DNA from: Chrysochromulina tobinii
Lineage: Eukaryota
NCBI GenBank assembly: GCA_001275005.1
Contig: JWZX01003113.1
Coordinates: forward strand, 1 to 37,195
Direction: 5' to 3'
DNA: 37,195 bases
Both the position numbers and the translations under genes were made by a program. The notes under the pieces are model-generated. The model saw nothing but the letters and a program-made list of their open reading frames with translations, was not told the DNA's origin and ran no database searches. Below are positions 1 to 10,033 of this stretch, one piece after another. Position 1 is the first letter of the stretch; each line of letters begins with the position of its first letter.

Positions 1-79
1 GGGGGAAAGAGGGGGGCGGGGGGGGGAGGGGTCGCCCACCGCGGTATACGATCACGGATGTACCCGCAGTGGTGCATCA

Positions 80-1186
80 TTACGGTCCGTCGTACATCAT
101 CACATCGTTGTTCTCCATACGCATGAACGTGGCGAGGGGGTCGGTGGAGCAGCTCTTGCTCGCTAGCTTGCCCTCTTCCTCCCGGTTCTCCAACTCGCCC
201 GTCATCATCTGCAAGCCCTTGTCCCACATCTTACCCATATTCTCTTGCGTCAGGCCGATGAGCTTCAAAGTGTCCACCAGGCACTCGCTGGGAAAGTTCC
301 AGCAGTCTTCGACTTCCATCTGAAGGCCGGTGTACTCCATCGACGCGGCTGCGAACGTGTGCTTGGCGCGCGGGATGCTGCAGTCAAATACCGAGCCGGC
401 ATCGGTGAACCGGTGGAACATTGAAAACTGCCTGTCACGCTCGTTTCGCGTCAGCGTCAACGTCGCGATCTTGGGGTTCTGCTCGAATGACGAGAGCGCA
501 TCCTTCCACGCGCGCATCGCCTTCTCGTTGATCGCATGTATGCACGCGGACGGCTCATAGTCCTCCGCGTACGATAGTGGCGCCGTTTGGCCATTGACGT
601 ACTGCGGGAACAGCTTTAGCGAGATCGCGCAGTCCGCGGGCGGGCACTGGGTGGCGGGCACATCCTTACAGACGAGATCGCGGATGCGGACGAAGTATTC
701 GGCGAGGTTGTACTTCAGACCCTTATAGATCGAAGAGGAGTTCTTCTCGGAGGCAAGGCCAAGCTTGATCAGCTTAGCGTGGGCTTGTATTCTCAGGTCC
801 AGCTTAGGGTTGTTGGTGTTCAGTTGGACGTGAGTGTCCCCGTCAAACAGTGACGGAGGCACTACATATTGCTGTCCGTGACCATCTTTGAGGCTGTTCG
901 AGCACTCCTCGACCTGGTTTGCCGACCACAACATGATCTGGTCGCCGAATAGCTCCGCCATGTCGAAGACGCACGGGTGGGTACCAACTGCCTTCCCCAA
1001 GTTCGACGTGCCGCTCCCATGGTCGGAGACGATGACTAGTACCTGCGGATGTGGTCCAGCGTGGGTTGCGTGCATTCCAACCGCATCTGGCTGGATGGAC
1101 AGGCTGGGATGCCCATCGTCATGCGTAATGCCGTAGACATCTTGGTACACCCTGCCCAAGAGCAACGGCAGCACGATCGCGAGCAT
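80..1186 (-). CDS. Secreted/Golgi sulfotransferase-like protein
   Basis: ATG at 1186 gives a hydrophobic N-terminus (MLAIVLPLLLG). VLVIVSDHGSGTSNLGKAVGTHPCVFDMAELF resembles the 5'-PAPS-binding loop region (xxRSGS/T...HPxV..xE), and LTLTRNERDRQFS resembles the 3'-phosphate-binding motif. Confidence 0.6.
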   Translation of the reverse strand: MLAIVLPLLLGRVYQDVYGITHDDGHPSLSIQPDAVGMHATHAGPHPQVLVIVSDHGSGTSNLGKAVGTHPCVFDMAELFGDQIMLWSANQVEECSNSLKDGHGQQYVVPPSLFDGDTHVQLNTNNPKLDLRIQAHAKLIKLGLASEKNSSSIYKGLKYNLAEYFVRIRDLVCKDVPATQCPPADCAISLKLFPQYVNGQTAPLSYAEDYEPSACIHAINEKAMRAWKDALSSFEQNPKIATLTLTRNERDRQFSMFHRFTDAGSVFDCSIPRAKHTFAAASMEYTGLQMEVEDCWNFPSECLVDTLKLIGLTQENMGKMWDKGLQMMTGELENREEEGKLASKSCSTDPLATFMRMENNDVMMYDGP

Positions 1187-1387
1187 GGACCTGGACAGCT
1201 TTTTCCGCGGTCCAAAATAGGGTCGAATCCCGTTTTGGCAAACCAAAAACAGAAAAGACTACACAGCCGTCGCAGAATCGCTAGGATTCCCTCACGACCC
1301 GATCCACACAGGTCTGCTACGCAAGACGATTGACGGGGAGGTGTGTAATGTTAATCTCCATAGTTGAGGTCATTCGTGCGAGCGGCG

Positions 1388-1819
1388 ATGGGCACCTTCT
1401 ATTCCACATGTGCGAACGGCGTCGCCACTGCGGCCTACGGTGAGGGCAGGTTTCTCGAGCTCCGTGTGGAGGAGACGACAATCCTCCTTGGCATCATCGG
1501 AGCGGGCCTCTATTGCACGGCAGTGTACTTGACCATCTGGACTGCGGCCCTCCCAATACGCATGCTTGTCAGCTACTCCTGGGACGTCGTGATCGCGAGC
1601 ATGTTGGCTCTTATTGGCTTGAGTCGTATGAGCAAGCGGCCGCCGAGCAAGAGCGCGATCGCCGGTCTGCCCGAAGCCGAGCAGGAGAAGGCCAAGAAGC
1701 AACTGAAGGCGGCGGCGAAGGCAGCATCACTTCGGCGGACGGCAGCCATGGCATTGTGTGCCACGGTGGCGCTCGTGCGGTGGTACTTTGGGAGCGTGCG
1801 CGAGGCGTTGAGACTGTGA
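1388..1819 (+). CDS. Small hypothetical membrane protein (about 3 TM segments)
   Basis: First ATG at 1388; 143 aa with three hydrophobic stretches and a charged helical loop. Divergent from the upstream gene. Confidence 0.6.
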   Translation: MGTFYSTCANGVATAAYGEGRFLELRVEETTILLGIIGAGLYCTAVYLTIWTAALPIRMLVSYSWDVVIASMLALIGLSRMSKRPPSKSAIAGLPEAEQEKAKKQLKAAAKAASLRRTAAMALCATVALVRWYFGSVREALRL

Positions 1820-2381
1820 GTCAACGGGTTGGGCACACACGAGACTATGTTGTGTTCTTGTGTTTTGGGTCTCTCCGCTCTCAATTCCACTCACGTGTTG
1901 GTCGGATAGCTGAAACCAATGGCTGAAACGTGAGAGCTGACAAATTAACCGAACACTTGTGAGCCGCCTGCCGTGATAAGTCCCGAGCACGCTCGCGCGG
2001 AGCAGCGCGGGCCGAAGTGTCGCTCTCTTTGCGAGAGTCCGCACGCCGGACCAGCGTAGCCGGGTGTCCGCCGGTGGGGCGGGGCCAATGAGCGCCGCAT
2101 GCGGCGGGGCCGGCGCGGGGCAGCGGGCCCGGTTCGCGGTTGCCGCTAGGTTGCCGCGCGCCGGCGGCCGCCGTTCTTCATCCGCACTTCTTGCGCGGGC
2201 GGGCGCGCGGCCGGGGCAGAGATGGCCTCGCTGGACGCTGCGCACGCTGGGGTGCATGTTAGCACAAGGCCAATAGCCCCCCACCCACCCACACCTGTTT
2301 GCATGCAATACTACTAGCACCATTCATGTACTAGACCCTTGCGCGCGCCCCGTCGAGCTCACTCTGTCGCGCCCCGCGTGC

Positions 2382-5013
2382 TCACTCGGCGTATCCATCG
2401 AGTAGGGTCTCGATTGCGTCCTCGACGTTCGCGGACGCAAGAAGCACCCGACGTAGTTCCGTCTCCGTCGCCTGTGGAAAGAGCTCCCGAAGCTGGGCGA
2501 GCTCCTCCGTGGTCGTTGCCGGCACCCCCGCCCCGTCGACGCCACCTCCTCGTCCGCCGCCGCCACCGCCACCGCCACCTCCACCGCCGCCTCCGCCTCT
2601 CGCCCACCCCCGCCGCGGGTGGCACTGCCCAGCTCCCAGTTGGAGCCGCGCGAGACTACCTCGAGATGCAGCCGAGGCAGCCACGAGGGCCAGAGCCAAT
2701 TCTCCGACGAAAAGATGTACGATTGCACCTCCTCCTGGCCCTCCTCGCCCTCCTCGCCATAGTCCTCCTCCTCATCGTCGTACCTGATGAGGGAGCAATC
2801 AGTCGCAATCAGTGACGAACGGCAGTCATCAGTGGCATGGATCGAGCCCGCTTCGTACCCGTCGTCCTCCTCGACCTCGCCCTCGCCCTCCTCCTCGCCC
2901 TCGTCCTCCTCGCCCTCCCCCTCCTCTCCGCGAGCCTCCCACCCGTTCTGGCTCAACGCGCCCGCCGCCGCGCTGGCAGCGCCCGCGGCTGCACTGACAC
3001 TCGCGGATGCACTGGCGCTGCCGAGCGCACGGGCAGTCGCCGTACGCATCGGGCGCACTCCAGGGAAGGCAGCGGCCGAGGCCGCGTCCGTGGCCGCCAT
3101 CACATTGGCCAGCGCGTCGGCGACATTACGACCCGCCGCCGTCGCCGCCGCCCGCGCGTGCGCAAGCTCGAGCACCAGAGCGCCAGCGACGCGATCGTTA
3201 GACATCGCCGCCGTGGCCGCCTGCGCCACCCCTGGCACCTCAGCCATTAACTGCTCGATGCCCAGATCGAGTGTCAGCTCGCCGGACAGCCCTGACTGCA
3301 CCGTCGTGAGCGCGGGTGCCGCGCGTCGCTCTGCCGCCGTCGCCGCGGCGTTTGAGACGATTAGGCGCTCCACCGCAGCGATGGCGGCAGCGCCGGCAGC
3401 GTCGATGCCGGCGCCGCTGCTGCCGGCGCCGCTGCTGCCGGCGCCGCTGCTGCTCCCCGCTGGCGCCGATGGCGCCGCCGCGGATGAGGGCGCGGCTCGA
3501 TGACGGTCGTTAGTGATGCGGGAGCTCTGTTCAACGACTGGACCCAGACGTCGGCGCCGCGCTGGCCGAGGCGCCATGCCGGGCGGAGCACGCTCGGCCG
3601 TGGCCGTCGCGCCGGCGGGCACGGCGCCCGCGACGCCCGTACGGACGCCCGCACCCGCGCCGAGCCCGTGCTGCGCGCGCCCGGTGGTCGAAGGCGGACC
3701 GTTGGGATCGTCGGTGAGAGAGGCACGGCAGACAGGGCACGAGTGCGACTGCTCGAGCCACGAGCGCAGGCAGGTGCAGTGGAAGTAGTGGCCGCACGGG
3801 AGCACCGTGGCTGCATCGGCCATGGGCTCGCGGCAGATGGCGCAGCAGTCGTCGAGATTCGCGAGCTCCTCGGGCGACGCTGATCGAAAGAGCTTTTGGA
3901 GGTTGGCGTCGGCGCGCAGAAAGTTGCGGTGGGTGACGACGCGCCGGTGGAGGCCCTCGAAGGCGAGCTTGGCGTTGGCGAAGAGGAGAACGTCGATCAC
4001 CGAGAAGGAGACGCCGTGCGCGTACCACAGGTGCAGTTGGTGCAAGAGCCGGCAAAGCTGCAGGCTGAGCTCGGGCAGGAGGGACGCGTAGTACATGAGA
4101 TCCGACGAGCCCTCATGCCTCTCGCGCTGCTGAAGGAAGGCGAGCACGAGCGCGTGGGACGTCTCGGCTCCGAGCAAGGCCGCGGGGAAGAAGAAGAGCG
4201 TGAGCATTGAGGCAGACGCCTCGTGCATGAGCGCGACGCCGCCCACGACGGCGCCCAGCACGATCAGTATCAGGCATACCTCGAGACCCACGACGCGAAC
4301 CCAGGCAGCGCGCGACGGCGGCGTGGGAGTGTGAGCCATGTACTCGATGCGATCGCGAGCGAGGCCCGCGTACATGCCGAGCAGGCACACCAGCGCGGTG
4401 AAGCTGCCCCAGAGCACCATCTCCGCCAGGTCCGGCTCGACGACCGCGCCGAGCACGATGAGTTGCCCCATGAGGAAGTTGACGAGCCGCTCCCAGAAGC
4501 GCTGCGCGCACGCGGGACGAGGGAACAACGAGGCAGCTCGCGGACAAGTAAGCGGCAGGAGCGCACACGTCGTGCGTGTTGCGAGGAAAGTGCGCGCACC
4601 TGCCACTCGATGACGCGAAGCCGGCCGAAGACGGCGTATTGCATGACGCGCAGCACTTGCAGACCGATGGCGAGCAAGATGCTGAGGACAGCAACCTGGC
4701 CGGCACGCGTCCTGCAGACGCACACGAGCGTCGCTGCGAGCGAGGGCGCCGCCACTCCCTGGCTGAGCGCACACCCCGAACACGCTGCCAGGCTGACAAG
4801 GGCGTGCACTAGGCTGACAGGTCGAGCACGCACGCCCTCCTCGATGGCACGGAACACGCTGCTGCTGCGCAGCACAAGCACCGAGTGGTGGTGCAGGTAG
4901 TGCAGTACACGCAGCGACCGTTCATTGGCGCTGCGAACCATGCCCATGGCACGGCGCCCGAAGGTGCGGTGGAGCGCCGCGACTGGGTGGTGCACCCCAT
5001 GTGCATCCGCCAT
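2382..5013 (-). CDS. ERAD E3 ubiquitin ligase of the HRD1/AMFR(gp78)/RIN2 type: TM region + RING-H2 + CUE; two introns and one apparent frameshift
   Basis: Exon 1 (5013-4600) ends ...VFGRLRVIEWQ and splices to RFWERLVNFLMGQLI, matching the HRD1/AMFR FGxLRxxE motif. RING-H2 is CAICREPM...LPCGHYFHCTCLRSWLEQSHSCPVCR. The CUE domain (LAQLRELFPQATETELRRVLLASANVEDAIETLL) lies in a different frame (ORF 2382-2699). Confidence 0.85.
2784..2858 (-). other. Predicted 75-nt in-frame GT-AG intron in the E3 ligase
   Basis: GG|GTACGAAG...CTGATTGCGACTGATTGCTCCCTCATCAG|G. Removal restores the acidic tract (EEDDGYDDEEEDY). Contains branch-like CTGAT motifs. Confidence 0.7.
4502..4599 (-). other. Predicted 98-nt GT-AG intron in the E3 ligase
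   Basis: CAG|GTGCGC...GTGCGCGCAG|CGCTTC joins the two reading frames at a conserved HRD1/AMFR motif. Confidence 0.85.
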
Positions 5014-5220
5014 CGAGGGAGCAACCTGAGCTGCTAGTGCTCGTGAAGCCAGGGCACGCACGCCAGGAACCACGCACGAACACCTCAACTCGCCTGTTTT
5101 TGGAAGCGAAACTACACGTTCTTTCGCGGTTTACGGGGACTTGTATCTTGATCGCAGTGTTCGGCATGTGTTTGGCATGTCAATTTCACAGTCCCTCAGC
5201 GCGTGCGACTCCGCGCCCCA

Positions 5221-7125
5221 ATGGGCAAGAAGGCGAAGGGCAAGAAGGCAGACGACGACTGGGAGGCGGAGGCTGACGCGATCGCGCACGAGGCGGCTGT
5301 CGTGGCGGAGGCGGCGGCGGCGGAGGCGGCGGGACGAAAGCGTGGCGAGCTGCTTGAGGCGCTCTTTGTGGACCTCATTGCCCGCGGCCTGGCGAGCGAG
5401 GCGGACTGCGACAAGGCCACTGACGAGCTCGCCGACGGCGCCAAGACGGAGGATCAACTCGTCGCCGAGTGGCAGGCCAAGGCGGATAAGGCCGCCTCGT
5501 TCGATCGGCTGTATGGTCACGCCGGCGAGGAGGAGGAGCCGGAGCCGGAGCCAAAGGGGCCCAAGTCGCGACGCTGGCGGCAGGAAGAGGGTGGCTCGCG
5601 GATCCTCGACGACGTCGTCGAGACGCCCGAGGAGATCCAAGCGAAGCTGCGGCTGCACGCAGAGATCTTTGGCACGCCAGGCTCCGCGCACGCTTACGAC
5701 CATTCGGCGGACGGCCACGACGAGCACAAGCGTATGACGCTTAGCCAGCTGAGCCTGGGCGATTGGCGGAATGCGGCGAGCGATCCGCCCAAGGCGCTCC
5801 CGCTTGCGGGCATGACGGGCGTGTGCCTCTTCGGAGGCTCATATGGCTTATCCACGCACGGCGACAAGGTCGTCCGCTTGTGGGATCTTGGGAGCGGCCG
5901 GCGGCTCGCGGCCCACCAGCAAAAGCTCGATCTGACCGCGCTGGCGGCCGCGAACGGCATTGTGGCCGTGGGCGACGCGGGCGGCGCCGTGCACCTTTAC
6001 GGCACCGATGCGACCTTTGCGCCGCTGCGGCTCTCGCCTCTGCCGCCGGCGGCGGGCGCCGTGCACGACCTGGCGTTGCTGTTCTTCTTCGAGCAGAGCG
6101 CCGACCCCTTTGTGCTGGTGCTCGCCAGCTATGCAGGTGGCGTCGTGACCGCGTCGCTAGCGCACACGAAGCCGTGGCCGCCGCCGCGCGCCGACTCGGT
6201 CTCACGCGTCACGCTCCCGATGCCCGAGCTCGGCCACGGCGCGATTAGTTTGGCGGCAGCGCGTGGTGGGCAGGTGTTTGGCGCCGCGGGCTCCTCCGTG
6301 GCCTTCTACGACCTCGAAGCGCCGCTCAAGCACTGGACGACGCGAGGGGGTGAGTGGCCGATCGCCGCCGCCGCCTGGCACGCGATATGCCCGACGCCGG
6401 ATGCTATCGACGGTCTCGTCGACTCTTTTGCCGCGATTCGCGTGCTCGAGGCGACGCGTCCTGGCGTGGAAGCAGACGGCGGACTGCCGTCGCCGCCACC
6501 TCCTCCGGCGCCGCCGGTAACGCCATCGTCGAGCAGCAAGCCCGAGCGAGGCGGCGGTGGCGGCGGTGGCGGCGGCGGCAGCACCGCCGCCACCAAACCA
6601 CCGGAGGGCGTTAGCCAGCCGCCGCCCGTCACGGCGCTCAGTCACAAGCTCAGCTACAGCCCAGTGTGGCAGCTGGTGGTGGCGGCCCTTGACGGTGACT
6701 TGGTCGCGATCTGGGACGTACGCCGCCCGGCCGCCGATGGGCCCGCCGCAACGCTCCGCGTGGCTGGCGGCGCGAGCTGGGTGCACGTCGACGAGGGCCA
6801 CGAGTACGCTGGCCATCTGCTTCTCGCACCGTCTTCTGGTGGGCCCGTACAGCTCTTCGACGTGCGCCGCGTGCCACTGACGCGCAGCGCGGTGGCCGTT
6901 CGCGCCCTCGCAACCTTTGCACCGCCCGCTGCCTCGGCAAGCTGCTGCTTCGCTGCAGCTGCGAGTTCGATCGTCGTGGGCGGCGGTGCGGAGTCCAGCG
7001 ACGCGTGGCGCTACAGCGGCGAGCCCGAGGAGGCAGAGGAGGAGAAGCGCCAGAAGGACAAGAAGGACAAGAAGAAGCGCCTCGTGCGCACAAACAACAA
7101 CCGCATGTTCAATAGGACAAAGTGA
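5221..7125 (+). CDS. WD40/beta-propeller-like protein with charged N- and C-terminal tails
   Basis: ATG at 5221. WD-like segments: GDKVVRLWDLGSG, GDAGGAVHLY, GDLVAIWDVRR, GPVQLFDVRR. Lys-rich ends. Confidence 0.7.
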   Translation: MGKKAKGKKADDDWEAEADAIAHEAAVVAEAAAAEAAGRKRGELLEALFVDLIARGLASEADCDKATDELADGAKTEDQLVAEWQAKADKAASFDRLYGHAGEEEEPEPEPKGPKSRRWRQEEGGSRILDDVVETPEEIQAKLRLHAEIFGTPGSAHAYDHSADGHDEHKRMTLSQLSLGDWRNAASDPPKALPLAGMTGVCLFGGSYGLSTHGDKVVRLWDLGSGRRLAAHQQKLDLTALAAANGIVAVGDAGGAVHLYGTDATFAPLRLSPLPPAAGAVHDLALLFFFEQSADPFVLVLASYAGGVVTASLAHTKPWPPPRADSVSRVTLPMPELGHGAISLAAARGGQVFGAAGSSVAFYDLEAPLKHWTTRGGEWPIAAAAWHAICPTPDAIDGLVDSFAAIRVLEATRPGVEADGGLPSPPPPPAPPVTPSSSSKPERGGGGGGGGGGSTAATKPPEGVSQPPPVTALSHKLSYSPVWQLVVAALDGDLVAIWDVRRPAADGPAATLRVAGGASWVHVDEGHEYAGHLLLAPSSGGPVQLFDVRRVPLTRSAVAVRALATFAPPAASASCCFAAAASSIVVGGGAESSDAWRYSGEPEEAEEEKRQKDKKDKKKRLVRTNNNRMFNRTK

Positions 7126-7596
7126 GGGCCAACGCGCGCGCGCCGCGCGTGTGCGCCTACGGCGCGAGCGTCCATCGATTTACTCGAGCGCCTGTACGGC
7201 TATGAGAATGGCGCGTGTTGACCGGGGACGCTACGGATTCGCTCGAAGAACTCGCGCGGTCTTAGGGGCGATAAGGGAGATCGATGATCGGCCGTGGCCC
7301 GTGACGCCGAGTGGCCGAGTCAGACCTTTAGTCAGACCTCGGCGAAACGCGGCCGGTTCGTAGCAGGTAGCTCTACGACGTGTTCGGTAACGTGTAGGCG
7401 CGACTTTGTGCGAGCGCGGCGCTTGCGCGTTATAAATTTGCATCGTGCGAGGGCCTCGCACCCCGCGGCGAGGCGAGGCGCGAGCGGAATAGGATATGCT
7501 CCGACCGCGTCCGGTCGCACACCACACACCACACGCACCCGGTGAGCTCCGGTTCACTTCACCGGTACCGCGCCACCGCTTACGACCACGTCGAGC

Positions 7597-9957
7597 TCAC
7601 TCGAGAAGGTCTATCCCAGCGCTCGGGTTGTACAGCGCGTCCGCAGGCACGGGCGAGGGCAGCTCGAAGTCTACGGGATCGTCCCCAATGGCCTCGCGTC
7701 CAAAGTAGGCGGGCGAAGTGAGGTGGTGCACGCCGCGGGCGGTGCGCACCGAGGTGCCAAAGTCGACGTCGGAGAGGCCGTCCGCCGTGAGAAAGTGGGA
7801 GCAGATTTGCCAGGGGGTGAGCACGCCCTCTTGGAGCGCGCGCGCGCGCTGCATCCATGGCAACGCCACGAGGATGATGGGGAACATCAAGAGGCAGAAG
7901 AGGCTGTGGAAGACCTTGGCGGGGTTGCTGAAGCCCGCGCCCGTGTTGAAGCCAGGCCAGAGGCCGCTGCCGAGGTTCTGAGGGTGGGGCACCTCCACGT
8001 CCGCATACAGGCCGAAGCACAGTAGCAAGTGGAGCAGCAGGTGAAAGGGCAGGTAGATGACGAAGACGAAGCGGTATTGCAGAGGCTTGGTGGGCGGGCC
8101 TGGTTCGAAACGGCCGAGCAGGTTGGTGCGCACGACGAAGAGCGCCACCGGGTAGTAGATGCACATCGTGAACGTGTTCGTTGGGAAGACTCCGCACCAG
8201 AGCGTCACCGCAGCGAGCACGCGCATCCCGTCCGAGGTAGAGAATGGAAGGAAGGCTGGGTCAGTCATGCGGCAGTGATGGTCGATGCCAGCCTGTGTCT
8301 TCTGGAAGGGTGCGATCACGTAGCGGCCAGCTCCCGCGACGATCCAGATCATGACAAACGTCACAAATGTGGCAACGATCAGGTTGCCCTGCACCTCCGC
8401 ATTGTACAAGAAGTAGAAGTTCAGCTCCTTGTTAGGCACTCCGAGCGCCTCACACATCGCGACGGCCACACTGTACAAGGGGGAGTCCTTCATCGTGGCA
8501 AGCACGTGCCACACGGGGATGAGGGGCATGATGAGGAACTCGACCCACATCCAGAATCCCCCCGCCTTGGCAAAGAGCGCCGTGTACGTGCAGCAGCGCA
8601 GCCGGAGAGCTGGCTGGCAACAGAGGCCGCGATTGCTGTACACGCAGAAGATGGGCTGCACAATCGCCTGCACCGCGAGCATGATGCCGAGGAGCATGAG
8701 GCCAAAGTACCCGAGCCGCTTGAAGTCGCCTTCAAACATATTCGACAGCGTGAGGCCAAACGGCGTGTTCGCCTGCAGCAGCGCGCCGATGGTCAGGAAC
8801 GCCCCGAGCGACGCCGAAACGACGAGGGCGAGCGCGAACATGATGATCGAAAACATGTACGACGCGTACCGGCGCTCAGCCGCGGTGGCCTCGAGCGAGC
8901 TCCAGATAACGTCGCGTGGGTTGGGTCCTGGCTGCACTCCGAGCGACTGGGGCACGCCCTCGGGGAAGAGCGTGCCATGCCTCGCTGCATCGAGGACCGC
9001 CGTCTTCGCCTTGCTGTTCGTAAAAGTGAGGAACGCGTAATCAAGGAGATGTCGCTCGTCTCGTGTGCTCTCGCGCACTTGGTTCAGGGCCTGTTTGTCG
9101 CCGGCCACATCGCGCTGGTGCGCCTCGAGCTCCGCCAACGCCCTCTCGCTGCCCTCCTCACGCGCGCACTGCAGCGCATCCCCGAGCGCCAGCTCAGAGC
9201 TCGTGAGCTCGTCCCTTGCGGCGATCAGCTCGCAGCAGTGGCTTGGCTGCACGGCGTACGCGGGCCGCTCGCCCGCCACGGCGACGATGGCGTCCAGCAG
9301 CTCCTTGGGCATACGCGCGCCGCGGCCCCAGCCCGTGACCACGATGGAGCACGCCTCGACATGATAGGACGCCTCGAGGACTACCCCAACCGACTCGACC
9401 TTGTCCATCTCGTCACGGAAGTCCGGATTGGAACTCACCGTCTTGCTCACCGTCTTTTCCAGCTTCGCCGCCGCCGTCTTTTCCAGCTTTCGGATCCCCC
9501 CCTCGAGGGTTGACAGACGCTTGCTAATGAGGGTGCCCTCGAAGATGGCGGGGTTCATCGTGTAGCGCGCCATGGCCTCGAAGAAGGTGAGTAGGATGAG
9601 GACGAGGCAGATGTCTGACGCCGCGTGCCACCATGTGAGCTCACTCCAAGCGCCGGCCGTGCCGCCCATGCTCACCATGGCCGACGCTCGAGCCTGGTCC
9701 ATGCCGGTGTAGCGCAGCGTGATGCTCACAAAGAACAAGAGCACTCCCAGCCCGAGGCAGTATGCGAGCACGCGCACGTGCATCGCCACGCCCTGCCCCA
9801 GCACCTCAAACGCCTTCAACGGCGCGCACAGTCCCATGAAGGCCCATGGCTCCTTGGTATCCGGATCGCGTAAGAGGCGCAATTGAGCTCGCGTCAATCC
9901 GAGCGTGTAGCTCGCATGGTTAGACTTGAGAGGCGTGGACTCGGTCGCGACCTCCAT
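7597..9957 (-). CDS. OSCA/TMEM63 (CSC1) family mechanosensitive/osmosensitive cation channel
   Basis: ATG at 9957. YAFLTF and GPNPRDVIWSSL match the AFVTF and APxPxDVxWxNL family motifs. Multiple TM helices follow the cytosolic loop. Confidence 0.75.
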   Translation of the reverse strand: MEVATESTPLKSNHASYTLGLTRAQLRLLRDPDTKEPWAFMGLCAPLKAFEVLGQGVAMHVRVLAYCLGLGVLLFFVSITLRYTGMDQARASAMVSMGGTAGAWSELTWWHAASDICLVLILLTFFEAMARYTMNPAIFEGTLISKRLSTLEGGIRKLEKTAAAKLEKTVSKTVSSNPDFRDEMDKVESVGVVLEASYHVEACSIVVTGWGRGARMPKELLDAIVAVAGERPAYAVQPSHCCELIAARDELTSSELALGDALQCAREEGSERALAELEAHQRDVAGDKQALNQVRESTRDERHLLDYAFLTFTNSKAKTAVLDAARHGTLFPEGVPQSLGVQPGPNPRDVIWSSLEATAAERRYASYMFSIIMFALALVVSASLGAFLTIGALLQANTPFGLTLSNMFEGDFKRLGYFGLMLLGIMLAVQAIVQPIFCVYSNRGLCCQPALRLRCCTYTALFAKAGGFWMWVEFLIMPLIPVWHVLATMKDSPLYSVAVAMCEALGVPNKELNFYFLYNAEVQGNLIVATFVTFVMIWIVAGAGRYVIAPFQKTQAGIDHHCRMTDPAFLPFSTSDGMRVLAAVTLWCGVFPTNTFTMCIYYPVALFVVRTNLLGRFEPGPPTKPLQYRFVFVIYLPFHLLLHLLLCFGLYADVEVPHPQNLGSGLWPGFNTGAGFSNPAKVFHSLFCLLMFPIILVALPWMQRARALQEGVLTPWQICSHFLTADGLSDVDFGTSVRTARGVHHLTSPAYFGREAIGDDPVDFELPSPVPADALYNPSAGIDLLE

Positions 9958-10033
9958 AATGGGGTCCTTATTTGGTAATGGGGTCCCAAAAAAGGGTTCA
10001 CAACTTTTTCTGAAATAGCTGTGCTCGTATTTT

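Noticed and set aside
1..31. G-rich run with G-quadruplex potential or telomere-like sequence
   Set aside because: Irregular low-complexity tract at the window edge with no telomeric periodicity.
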